Of a stretch of DNA of 62,240 nt, positions 18,523 through 27,730 are shown piece by piece. The stretch covers positions 1 through 62,240 of the IMG/VR virus record IMGVR_UViG_3300025120_000045; one strand, 5' to 3'. This stretch comes from a virus (taxonomy: Duplodnaviria > Caudoviricetes). The position numbers were made by a program, and so were the translations under genes. Within the stretch, counting starts at the first letter, position 1. The number at the start of each line of letters is the position of its first letter. The notes beneath the pieces are model-generated. The model did no database searches. It was not told the origin of the DNA and was given only the letters and a program-made list of their open reading frames with translations.

Positions 18523-19583
18523 TGGCTAAACAAACAATAGGTATAGGAACAAGTGCTAATGACGGAACTGGTGATAGTGTCAGGGCCGGTGGTGATAAAG
18601 TAAACGATAACTTTACAGAAGTTTATAATGCATTAGGAAATGGAACAACAATTGCTGCAAATACAGGAACATTAGTTTCCAATGCTTATGCAGTCGCAAC
18701 ATATGCTGCAAATACTGCATTAACAGCAAAATTTAATACATTTGCCTTAGTTGCAAATGTTGCTGCATTAGCAGCATTAGCAAATACAAATAGTGCAATT
18801 GCAAAAAGAGCTGAAGTTGCAAACGTAGTAACCCTCGCAGCATTAGCAAATACAAATTTATCTATTGCAACAAAAGCTGCAGTAGCAAACGTAGCTGGTT
18901 TAGCAGCATTAGGAAATACAAATTCAAGAATTACATTATTGAACACAAATCTTACAGGTACAAATACAGCAATAAGAACACTTACACTTGATAGAGCTCA
19001 AGTTGCAAATGTAGCTGGACTTGCTGCATTAGCAAATACAAATTCAGGAGTAGCATTACTTAATACAAATCTAATAGCTACTAACACAGCAATAAGACTA
19101 TTAGTTAGTGATAGATCTCAAGTTGCAAATGTGTTCTCAATATTCAGTAGTGGTAAAAGTTATTCAACAGTACCAAATTATGGTGCAGCAGTAACATATG
19201 ATATATCTGCAAATGGATCTAATGCTTATATTGTTTCTAATATGGGTTTTGGTAAAGGAGGTGCAGCTTTTAATAATCCTGAATTGACTGTAAGAAATGA
19301 AACAACTATTGCATTTGACTTAAATGGTTTAGGTGGAGCTCATCCATTTGCTATAAGAAGTGGTGATTCTGGTTCAAGTGTTTTTTCAAATACGTTGATC
19401 CATGTTGCAACTTCTGGTACAATAACTACAGGAGCAAGTGCTCAAGGAAAAGTAGAAGGAGTTTTATATTGGCAAATACCACACGACATAGTTTCATCTG
19501 GGAGAAATTCATATACATATTATTGTCAAAGTCATGCAGCTATGAAAGGCAACGTTAATATCAAAGATACTGGAGCAATCTAA
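18522..19583 (+). CDS. gp9/gp10-like baseplate fibre with coiled-coil repeats and a C-terminal cupredoxin-like domain
   Basis: MAKQ.I.IG..ANDGTGD..R.GG.K.N.NF.EVY N-terminus; VANV..LAALANTN repeats; HPF...YYCQSHAAM. Confidence 0.75.
   Translation: MAKQTIGIGTSANDGTGDSVRAGGDKVNDNFTEVYNALGNGTTIAANTGTLVSNAYAVATYAANTALTAKFNTFALVANVAALAALANTNSAIAKRAEVANVVTLAALANTNLSIATKAAVANVAGLAALGNTNSRITLLNTNLTGTNTAIRTLTLDRAQVANVAGLAALANTNSGVALLNTNLIATNTAIRLLVSDRSQVANVFSIFSSGKSYSTVPNYGAAVTYDISANGSNAYIVSNMGFGKGGAAFNNPELTVRNETTIAFDLNGLGGAHPFAIRSGDSGSSVFSNTLIHVATSGTITTGASAQGKVEGVLYWQIPHDIVSSGRNSYTYYCQSHAAMKGNVNIKDTGAI
18750..19135 (+). repeat. Coding tandem repeats (two 22-aa units, then two 40-aa units)
   Basis: VANVxxLAALANTN recurs; the 40-aa unit matches the repeats at 48522-48900. 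Confidence 0.8.
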
Positions 19584-21124
19584 TGCCAGCTGTATCAACT
19601 AAGAGGCTGTCATATCATATAGCAGATCAATTTAAAGAATCATTTAGTGAAACTGATCCTTCAAGATTATATGTTTTTGTTGGAAGAAGTAGTCCATATG
19701 CAAATGATTCTTCTGCATCTACACCAACTGACACAGTACAAAAACAAGATTACAATATTTACAAACAAATGCTTGCTGCAAAAAAAGTTCAAGAGACTGA
19801 TGTAACTTATGCAATAAGAAGATACAATTGGGCAAACAATATTGGTTATACAGAGTATACAAATACCAATACTAATTTGTATACTAGTCAATTTTATGTT
19901 TATACTACAGATAATAATGTTTATAAATGCTTGTTTAATAATAAAGGTGCAAACTCAACAGTTATGCCAACAGGAACAAGTACAGGTTTACTACAAACAT
20001 CTGATGGATATCAATGGAAGTATATGTATTCTGTTAGTACAGCTGATATTGGTAAATATGTAACAGCTGACTATCTTCCTGTAAAAGTTGTAACAACAAA
20101 TGATAGTTCAGGACAGTTTACTGTTCAACAAGCTGCTGTTAATGGAGCTATTCAAGTCGTTGATGTAACAGCTGGTGGAGTTGGATATCAAACAACAAAT
20201 GGTGTATTTGGAACAGTTAGTAATTCAACAGTTATGACATTAGCATCAACTGCTAGTGCAAATGATGGTGTTTATATTGGAAGTACTTTATATATTTCAT
20301 CAGGCCTTGGTGCAGGATTAATAAGAGAAGTAACTTCATATACAGGATCATCAAAAAGTGTAACAGTTAACACTGCATTCTCAACATCACCAAATACAAC
20401 TTCTAGGTACATTGTAAGTCCAAAAGTAACTATTGCTGGAGATGGTACAGGAGCAACTGCATTTGCAAATGTTACAGATGGAGCAAGTTCAGTAAATTAT
20501 ATTACAATGATTAGTACAGGATCAAAATATAGTAATGCAACAATAACAATTTCAGCTAACACAACTTATGGTACAGGAGCAACTGCAGTACCATATATTT
20601 CACCAAGAAATGGACATGGATCCAATGCAAGAGAAGAATTAGGTGGAAGTTTTATAATGTTGGCTACAGAATTTAATGGAACAGAATCAAACACTATTTC
20701 AACTACAAATGATATAAGAACATTTGGATTAATTAGAGATCCACTCACATCTACAGGTGCTGTTGCAAATACAGGAAACTTTGATATGACAACAAGATTG
20801 ACATTGAGTGGTGCTACAGGAGACTTTACACAAGATGAATTAATTACAGGTGGTACAAGTGGAGCGACTGGTAATGTGGTTAGTTTTAGTAATACAAATT
20901 CAGCCAATTCAACAGGCACGCTTAGAGTGATAAATATAACGGGAAGGTTTCAGAACAATGAAGTTATTACTGGATCAGCTTCGAGTAAGACTGCAACGGT
21001 ACGACCAGCATCAAATTCGGACTTGAGTTTTTATAAAGGTGATGTATTATATACAGAAAATATATTACCAATTACAAGAGCAACAGATCAAATTGAGAAT
21101 TTTAAGATAATATTTAGTTTTTAG
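19583..21124 (+). CDS. gp8: Baseplate wedge gp8
   Basis: LYVFVGR..P, RRYNW, FYV.T..NVYKCL.NN, DGYQWKYMY, GHGSNA..ELG, I.R..DQ.E..KII..F. Confidence 0.9.
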   Translation: MPAVSTKRLSYHIADQFKESFSETDPSRLYVFVGRSSPYANDSSASTPTDTVQKQDYNIYKQMLAAKKVQETDVTYAIRRYNWANNIGYTEYTNTNTNLYTSQFYVYTTDNNVYKCLFNNKGANSTVMPTGTSTGLLQTSDGYQWKYMYSVSTADIGKYVTADYLPVKVVTTNDSSGQFTVQQAAVNGAIQVVDVTAGGVGYQTTNGVFGTVSNSTVMTLASTASANDGVYIGSTLYISSGLGAGLIREVTSYTGSSKSVTVNTAFSTSPNTTSRYIVSPKVTIAGDGTGATAFANVTDGASSVNYITMISTGSKYSNATITISANTTYGTGATAVPYISPRNGHGSNAREELGGSFIMLATEFNGTESNTISTTNDIRTFGLIRDPLTSTGAVANTGNFDMTTRLTLSGATGDFTQDELITGGTSGATGNVVSFSNTNSANSTGTLRVINITGRFQNNEVITGSASSKTATVRPASNSDLSFYKGDVLYTENILPITRATDQIENFKIIFSF

Positions 21125-21132
21125 GATAAATT

Positions 21133-24100
21133 ATGGCAGATATAAGTAACACAGTTTCGTATTCAACAGATCTAAATGTGGATCCGTATTATGATGATTA
21201 CAATGAAGAAAAGAATTTTCACCAAATACTTTTTAGACCTGGTCTAGCAGTTCAAGCTAGAGAGTTAACTCAACTACAAACAATACTACAAAAACAAACT
21301 TCAAGATTTGGAGCTCATATATTTAAAGAAGGTACTATTGTTTCTGGTGGATCTAAACAACTAAAAATTGGTATTCCTTTTGTAAAAATAACAGATAAAG
21401 ATAATGGTAATAATGCCTTAACTATGACAACATTAGTTGGTAGTACAGTTACCGGTGGTACAACAGGAGTTACAGCAGAAGTTATTGCTACAGTATCAGG
21501 TGTTCAAACTGCAGCTAATACAAACACGTTATATGTAAAGTATACAAATTCAGGTACAAATAAAACAACAAAAACATTTAGTGCTGGTGAAGTATTATCA
21601 TTCGTATATGCTAATACAGGAACAGCTAATGCAACAGTTGCTTCATCTGCAAATACACCAACAGGTAATGGTGTATTCTTCCAATTATCAGATGCTTTAG
21701 TATTTGCTAAAGGTCAATTTATTTTACATTCTAATTCTGGTATAGTAGTAGAAAGATATAATGAAACACCAAGTCAAAGAATTGGTTTCAAAGTAAATGA
21801 AAATATAATAACAAGTAATACAGATACAACATTATTAGATCCTGCTCAAGGTTCATATAACTATACAGCACCAGGTGCTAATAGATTAAAATTATCAACA
21901 GAATTAAATATATTACCATTATCAGTAACTGGTGATGCACCAGCATCTAATGGTTTCTTTGAATTATTAAATTTAGATAATGGATTAAGAGCTGAAGAAG
22001 CTAAACAACCAGATTATGCTGACCTTGGTCAAGAAATGGCAAGAAGAACATTCCAAGAGAGTGGTCATTATACAACAAAAGCATTTAAGTTTAATGTTAG
22101 AGAAAATTTAATTGATGGAACAAACTTAGGTTTAAAAACATCAGCTGCAGGCGGTGATGCTAATACATTATCAGTTGGTATAGAAGGTGGTCATGCTTTT
22201 GTAAAAGGTTTTGAATATGATTATGAGAATATAGATACAATTTATGTTGATGTTGCAAAAGGTACAAATACACAATTATACGAATCAATTTCTACTACAC
22301 CAAACTATGGACAATTTGTTTTAGCTAATGAAGTATCAGGTGTATTGGATCCAACTAATTTACCAGAGGTAAGTTTAAGAAATGCTGCTGCAAAATCACA
22401 CACAAATAAAACATTTGATAATACAGCATCTCCTGGATCTCAAATAGGTACAGCAAGATTAAGAATGATATCACAACATGCTGGTAATACAGATACAGCT
22501 GGTGGTCAATTTAAATTACATCTTGGAGAAATAAAATTAACTTCAGGTCAATTTGCAAATGTTAAATCATTTTATATTGCAAATGCAGTATCAGGAGCAA
22601 GTAAAAACTTCTTAGCTGATGCTGTATTAACAAGTGCTAATTCAACATTCCTTGGTAATGCAACATTAAATGAACCTACCAATGATTCATTGGTTTACAG
22701 TTTACCATTTAAAGGTGTTAAAACTATTAGAGATGATAGTAATAGTGTTGAAACATCATTTCAATTTAAAAAATCATTTGATATTACAATTGCTACAAAT
22801 GGTACAGCATCAATTGCAACAGGAGCATCTGATCATCAATTTACAACTACAGGAACACTAAGTGCTTCACAAAAAGATAGCTTAGTAACATTAGTTGCTA
22901 AAAATCAAGTAACAAGTACTCAATTAGGAACAGTTTTAGCTAATAGTACAACAACAACTGTTACAGGAACAGGAACAAAATTTAATTTATTAAAAGCTGG
23001 TGACAGAGTAAGATTAGGACCATCTAATATATTTACAGTTAATGCTGTAACAAGTAATGTTGCCATGTCTATTACAACAACTCCAACTGCAGCTCAAAAT
23101 GTTGCAAGTGGTAATGCTATATCTAAAGTTATTGAAAGTGGTCAACTAGTTGATTTATCAATGACAGGTACAGGTGGCAATGGAGCTGACAGAACATTTA
23201 CTATTAGTTCAACAACAGCTGCTGCATTAGATATTAAAGAAACTCTTAATACAACTTTAGCTGCAACAGCAATTGTAACTTTAAATAAAGTGAATGCAAG
23301 AGAAGCTGCTAAATCATTATCTGCAAATGTGTTTGTTAGAATTAATCCAAATACACATTTTAATAAAACTGGTAATGGACCATATCCATTAGGAGTAACA
23401 GATGCTGTTAGATTAAGAAAAGTTTATATGTCAACATCTAATGTTGTTGTAGCAAACACATCTGGAACAACAGATATTACATCAAGATACAAATTAGATA
23501 GTGGTATGAAGGCTGGTCGTTATGATATTGCTAGTATCATACTTAAAGCTGGTCAGACAGCTCCAACAGGACAGTTATTAGTTAATTTTGATCATTTCAA
23601 ACACAGTTCTTCATTGGGACAAGGTTATTTTAGTGTTGATAGTTATCCTGTAGATGATACAAAAGGTACAAATTCAATAACATCTATAAAAACATTTGAG
23701 ATTCCAATTTATACAAACCCATCAACTGGTGATGAATATAATTTAAGAAATAGTATTGATATTAGACCTAACAAAGCTAATACAGCTAATCCTACAACAA
23801 CCATTAGTTCGTCTCCAATAAATCCTGCTAACAGTTCTTCGTACACTGTTGCTGGTGATGGTCAGTTTTTACCAATAACTGGTCAGAATATATTGAAAGA
23901 CTTACAAATATATCTTGGTAGAACAGATAAGATTGTTGTTAATGAAGATGGAAGAATAGTAATAAAAACTGGTATATCAAGTGAAGCAAAAATTCCACCT
24001 ACTGTTGGATCAGATGAAATGACTCTTGCTGTATTAGATATTCCACCATATCCTTCAATATCTCCATTTGTTGCTAAAATTAATGAAAGAGAAGATCTTC

Positions 24101-26058
24101 AAGTAACTCTTACTCCAATGGATAATAGAAGATTTACTATGAGAGATATTGGTCAACTTGCTCAAAGAGTAACAAGATTAGAATATTATACTTCTTTATC
24201 AATGTTAGAAAAAGATTCACAATCATTACAAATATTAGATTCTGCTGGATTAGATAGATTTAAAAATGGTATCTTAGTAGATAACTTTACCGGTCATGGT
24301 GTTGGTGAAGTTGTCAATGAAGATTATAAAGCTGCTATTGATCCAGATAAAACAATTTTAAGACCATCTTTTAAAATTAATAATATTGATTATATTGCAA
24401 ATACTTCTGGTACTACAAATGTAATAAGAAGATCAAGAGACGTAATGATGAAAGTGTCAAACAGTCAATTAGCTGATGATATATCAATGTCATTTAATGA
24501 AACAGTAACGGGATCAACAAGTGGATCAACAGGAAGATTAAAATATATTACAGGTGCAAATACAGATATTATATTACTTGAAAATGAAACAGGATCAGGA
24601 TTTACAGCTGGAGAAACTGTAACTGGTTCAACATCTGGATTTACAGCTACGATATCAATTGTTAAGAGACCTAACGAAGGACCTCTTGCAACATTAGATT
24701 ACGATCAAAATGATCTAATAGTACAACCATTCGTATCAACAGAATTTAGAATTTCTAGTGCAGAGTTTAATGATTTTGTAGGTACAATTGAATTAACACC
24801 TGACTTTGATAATTGGGTAGATACAGAAACTAAACCTGATCTAGTAATTAATCACGAAGGTAATTATGATAATTGGCAAACATTAACAGATGCTTGGGGT
24901 ACTCAATGGGGTGATTGGAATACAATCGTAACAGGTAGTGTATCAAAAGATGAATTCTTATTAGAAGATTTAGGAAACTATTCAACTTCTACTCCATTAT
25001 CAGGTGGTAGAACACAAGTTAATACATACGATAATAAAAAGTTATTAGCTTATGAATCAGTAGAACAAAGAATGACAAGGACTGGTATTAAGATTAAAGC
25101 TACTCCTTATATTAACAAAGAATCAATTGGTGATAGAGTTGTTGATGTAAATGTAACACCTTATATTAGATCTAAGAATATTGAATTTACTGCAAGAGGA
25201 TTGAGACCAAGTACAAGAGTTTATGCATTCTTTGATAATGAAGATGTAACAACTTTCATTAAACCTTCTGGTGGAACTTTAGGTGGTAGCTTATTTACAG
25301 ATGCAGCTGGTACTGCAAGTGGTGAATTTAGAATACCAAATACAAGTACTCTTAAATTTAGAATTGGTGCTAAACCATTTGTATTAACAGATAGTAGTAC
25401 AAATTCAACAACAGACTTTACTACAATTGCAAGTGCAACATATCATGCACAAGGGTTGTCAACAATTCAACAAGAAACAATTCTTTCTACTAGAGAACCA
25501 ATCTTTAGTCAAGAAGAATTAACACAATCAAGAACAGAGTTCCAAGATGTTATGAGTTTCAAACATAAAAATGATCTTATTTCTTCTGTTGTTAATAGTC
25601 CTGCTCCTCCATGTCGTAGAGGTTGTAGAAGAGGTTGTTTCTTAGAAGGTACACCTGTAACAATGGAAGATGGTAGTATTAGACATATTCAAGATGTTGA
25701 ACTTGGAGATAGAGTATTAGAAGGTGGTATGGTTTATGCTGTAGCTAAATTCTTAATAAATGATCTTTATGATTATGAAGGTGTATTTGTTGCTGGATCT
25801 CATGCTGTAAAAGAAAACAACAAATGGGTTAGAGTAGAAGATAGTAAAAAAGGAATTAAACTTGACAATGGCGACCAGATAGTGTATACTTTAGGTAATG
25901 AGAATAAGAGAATTATGATAAACAATATTGAGTTTACTGATTACTTTGAAGTCGCAGAACAAGAAGAATTTTTTAATGAAGGTGAAGAGTATTTTGATAC
26001 TTGGACTGATAAAATACCAGCGTTTGAGAAAGAGAAGATAGACACTCTAAACGCTTAG
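21133..26058 (+). CDS. VrlC/DUF4815 large baseplate protein, N-terminal part, fused to a C-terminal Hint domain
   Basis: LNVDPYYDDY, LFRPG.AVQARELTQLQ, APGANRLK, ARRT..ESG.Y, RRFTMRDIG, LEYYTSLS.LE, RFKNG.LVDNF, L.P..D.W.D; ends G|CFLEGTPVTMEDGS (Hint). Confidence 0.9.
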   Translation: MADISNTVSYSTDLNVDPYYDDYNEEKNFHQILFRPGLAVQARELTQLQTILQKQTSRFGAHIFKEGTIVSGGSKQLKIGIPFVKITDKDNGNNALTMTTLVGSTVTGGTTGVTAEVIATVSGVQTAANTNTLYVKYTNSGTNKTTKTFSAGEVLSFVYANTGTANATVASSANTPTGNGVFFQLSDALVFAKGQFILHSNSGIVVERYNETPSQRIGFKVNENIITSNTDTTLLDPAQGSYNYTAPGANRLKLSTELNILPLSVTGDAPASNGFFELLNLDNGLRAEEAKQPDYADLGQEMARRTFQESGHYTTKAFKFNVRENLIDGTNLGLKTSAAGGDANTLSVGIEGGHAFVKGFEYDYENIDTIYVDVAKGTNTQLYESISTTPNYGQFVLANEVSGVLDPTNLPEVSLRNAAAKSHTNKTFDNTASPGSQIGTARLRMISQHAGNTDTAGGQFKLHLGEIKLTSGQFANVKSFYIANAVSGASKNFLADAVLTSANSTFLGNATLNEPTNDSLVYSLPFKGVKTIRDDSNSVETSFQFKKSFDITIATNGTASIATGASDHQFTTTGTLSASQKDSLVTLVAKNQVTSTQLGTVLANSTTTTVTGTGTKFNLLKAGDRVRLGPSNIFTVNAVTSNVAMSITTTPTAAQNVASGNAISKVIESGQLVDLSMTGTGGNGADRTFTISSTTAAALDIKETLNTTLAATAIVTLNKVNAREAAKSLSANVFVRINPNTHFNKTGNGPYPLGVTDAVRLRKVYMSTSNVVVANTSGTTDITSRYKLDSGMKAGRYDIASIILKAGQTAPTGQLLVNFDHFKHSSSLGQGYFSVDSYPVDDTKGTNSITSIKTFEIPIYTNPSTGDEYNLRNSIDIRPNKANTANPTTTISSSPINPANSSSYTVAGDGQFLPITGQNILKDLQIYLGRTDKIVVNEDGRIVIKTGISSEAKIPPTVGSDEMTLAVLDIPPYPSISPFVAKINEREDLQVTLTPMDNRRFTMRDIGQLAQRVTRLEYYTSLSMLEKDSQSLQILDSAGLDRFKNGILVDNFTGHGVGEVVNEDYKAAIDPDKTILRPSFKINNIDYIANTSGTTNVIRRSRDVMMKVSNSQLADDISMSFNETVTGSTSGSTGRLKYITGANTDIILLENETGSGFTAGETVTGSTSGFTATISIVKRPNEGPLATLDYDQNDLIVQPFVSTEFRISSAEFNDFVGTIELTPDFDNWVDTETKPDLVINHEGNYDNWQTLTDAWGTQWGDWNTIVTGSVSKDEFLLEDLGNYSTSTPLSGGRTQVNTYDNKKLLAYESVEQRMTRTGIKIKATPYINKESIGDRVVDVNVTPYIRSKNIEFTARGLRPSTRVYAFFDNEDVTTFIKPSGGTLGGSLFTDAAGTASGEFRIPNTSTLKFRIGAKPFVLTDSSTNSTTDFTTIASATYHAQGLSTIQQETILSTREPIFSQEELTQSRTEFQDVMSFKHKNDLISSVVNSPAPPCRRGCRRGCFLEGTPVTMEDGSIRHIQDVELGDRVLEGGMVYAVAKFLINDLYDYEGVFVAGSHAVKENNKWVRVEDSKKGIKLDNGDQIVYTLGNENKRIMINNIEFTDYFEVAEQEEFFNEGEEYFDTWTDKIPAFEKEKIDTLNA
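25636..25950 (+). other. Hint (Hedgehog/intein-like) autoprocessing domain
   Basis: Block A CFLEGTPVTMEDGS.R.IQDVELGDRV (Cys at residue 1502), block-B-like VAGSH, terminal VYTL....RIMINNIEFTDY without the His-Asn intein end. Confidence 0.8.
25862..25890 (+). promoter_or_regulatory. Sigma70 promoter embedded in the Hint coding sequence
   Basis: TTGACA-N17-TATACT, about 180 nt upstream of 26070. Confidence 0.65.
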
Positions 26059-26069
26059 GAGATTATATA

Positions 26070-26693
26070 ATGAACTATCAAAAAACGTGTTTTGAGATAT
26101 TTAAAACTCATTACAAATCTATAGCTGAAGAATATCAAAATCATAAAAACCCAACTTATTTAGATCAACATGATTTTTCTGATGGTGCCGATACATATGT
26201 TGAAGGTACATGGTATGCAGTGGGTATAAGTTCTGAAGATAGAAAAGTACAGGAAGAAAGTACTTATCCTATTTTATACTCTATATTAGATAAATTTCCA
26301 TACAAAATGAATTGTGCATTTATGGTTGTTAAACCAAATACTACTATTGGTAATCATAAAGATAGAGAAGGTGGTTGGAGATATCAGCTTACTATTGATG
26401 ATGGTGGTGGAGATAATAGTGGAATAAATTATACTTATGTAAATGAAGAAGGATGGCCTCAACAAGAAACTCATATATTTAAAAATGGTAACTCAGTAAT
26501 TATACAACCTGGTAAACAATTACACAACGGATGGAATAAAAATCCAAGAAAAAGAGTAACTTTATTACTTGACTTTTATGATGAAACAGTATACAATAAA
26601 AAAGACTTTATAAAGTATCGCAATAATTATAATGATGCTTTTAATAGTTCAGGGGATTTGTGTGACATATATGAAGGAAGAAAAGTTGGATAA
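26070..26693 (+). CDS. Aspartyl/asparaginyl beta-hydroxylase-like 2OG-Fe(II) oxygenase
   Basis: P.T.IG.HKD (HxD), R.QL, LHNGWN....RVTLLLDF, typical of the Asp_Arg_Hydrox family. Confidence 0.8.
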   Translation: MNYQKTCFEIFKTHYKSIAEEYQNHKNPTYLDQHDFSDGADTYVEGTWYAVGISSEDRKVQEESTYPILYSILDKFPYKMNCAFMVVKPNTTIGNHKDREGGWRYQLTIDDGGGDNSGINYTYVNEEGWPQQETHIFKNGNSVIIQPGKQLHNGWNKNPRKRVTLLLDFYDETVYNKKDFIKYRNNYNDAFNSSGDLCDIYEGRKVG

Positions 26694-27240
26694 GATATTA
26701 GTTATTGGACATACCAAAGGTATTGGTAAAGCTGTATATGATTATTATAATAAAAAAGGTCATACTGTAAAAGGATTAAGTAGATCAAATGGTTTTAATC
26801 TATGTGATCCAAAAAAGTTTTATAGACATATTTTTGCTTATGATTGGATTATATTAAATGCTTTTTATTATGACTCACAATATAAACTTCTTAAACATAT
26901 TGTGGACAAATATGAAAACAAAAAGAAAAAAATTATAGTTATAACAAGTACTTCTGGTACAGATATATGTTTTGATAAAACAATTGAAGCTGATAGTTAT
27001 AAGGAATATAGTAGACATAAAAGAAAACTTATAAAATATATTGAAAAGATTCAACAAAGATTAGTAGATAAACCACTACAAATATTTGATGTTTGTCCGG
27101 ATATTGTTGATACACAAATGAGTAAAGGTCTATGGGTTAATGCTAAAAAATTAAAACCTATAGAAGTTTCAAAGGCAGTACAGTTTTGTTTAGAAAGTAA
27201 ATTTAATGTTAATAGAATAGTAATACAAAAAAAATGCTAG
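26671..27240 (+). CDS. Short-chain dehydrogenase/reductase-like protein
   Basis: ILVIGHTKGIGKA Rossmann motif, ILNA, YSRHK (YxxxK), CPD.VDT. Start is probably 26671 or 26686 (track 26632). Confidence 0.8.
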   Translation: MKEEKLDKILVIGHTKGIGKAVYDYYNKKGHTVKGLSRSNGFNLCDPKKFYRHIFAYDWIILNAFYYDSQYKLLKHIVDKYENKKKKIIVITSTSGTDICFDKTIEADSYKEYSRHKRKLIKYIEKIQQRLVDKPLQIFDVCPDIVDTQMSKGLWVNAKKLKPIEVSKAVQFCLESKFNVNRIVIQKKC

Positions 27241-27701
27241 TCAGTGCTTGGAATTTAGATATAGATTATGACACATTAGTTGATTGGTGGCAGCAACATG
27301 ATTTTGGACAAGTACCAAAAGAATGCTTACCTCCTATTGGTGTTATGGTTACACATAATGATAAACCAATATGTGCTGGAGGCTTATATGTTTGTGATGG
27401 AACGAAGTTTGCTTTTATGGAGTGGATTGTAGCTGATCCAAAAGCTCCTCCTAAGTTAACTCATAAATGTATTAAGTTGTTAATTGATGAATTAATTAGT
27501 AAAGCCAAAGATGGAGGATGTTTACTACTTTATACAGTTACAGAAAATCCAGGATTACATAAAAGGTATGTTAAGTATCATGGATTATCACAAGGTGAGA
27601 AACATGCTAGAACATTTATAAAAGATTTAACAGATGGTAGTTACGGACCATTGTTATGGGCTAAAAGCCAAGAAGTGCTTGACGAAGAACCCAAGAATTA
27701 G
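27234..27701 (+). CDS. GNAT-fold putative acyltransferase
   Basis: DY..L..WW, LP..G, PICAGGLY, MEWIVADP, LI..AK..G..LLYT..N.GL..RY pattern of phage GNAT-like proteins. Confidence 0.6.
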   Translation: MLVSAWNLDIDYDTLVDWWQQHDFGQVPKECLPPIGVMVTHNDKPICAGGLYVCDGTKFAFMEWIVADPKAPPKLTHKCIKLLIDELISKAKDGGCLLLYTVTENPGLHKRYVKYHGLSQGEKHARTFIKDLTDGSYGPLLWAKSQEVLDEEPKN

Positions 27702-27709
27702 TATAAATA
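27702..27709 (+). promoter_or_regulatory. T4-type late promoter for the C-terminal half of VrlC
   Basis: TATAAATA; also TTGACG (27679)-N17-TATAAA. Confidence 0.7.
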
Positions 27710-27730
27710 GATTAGAGAAAAGGTAAAAAC

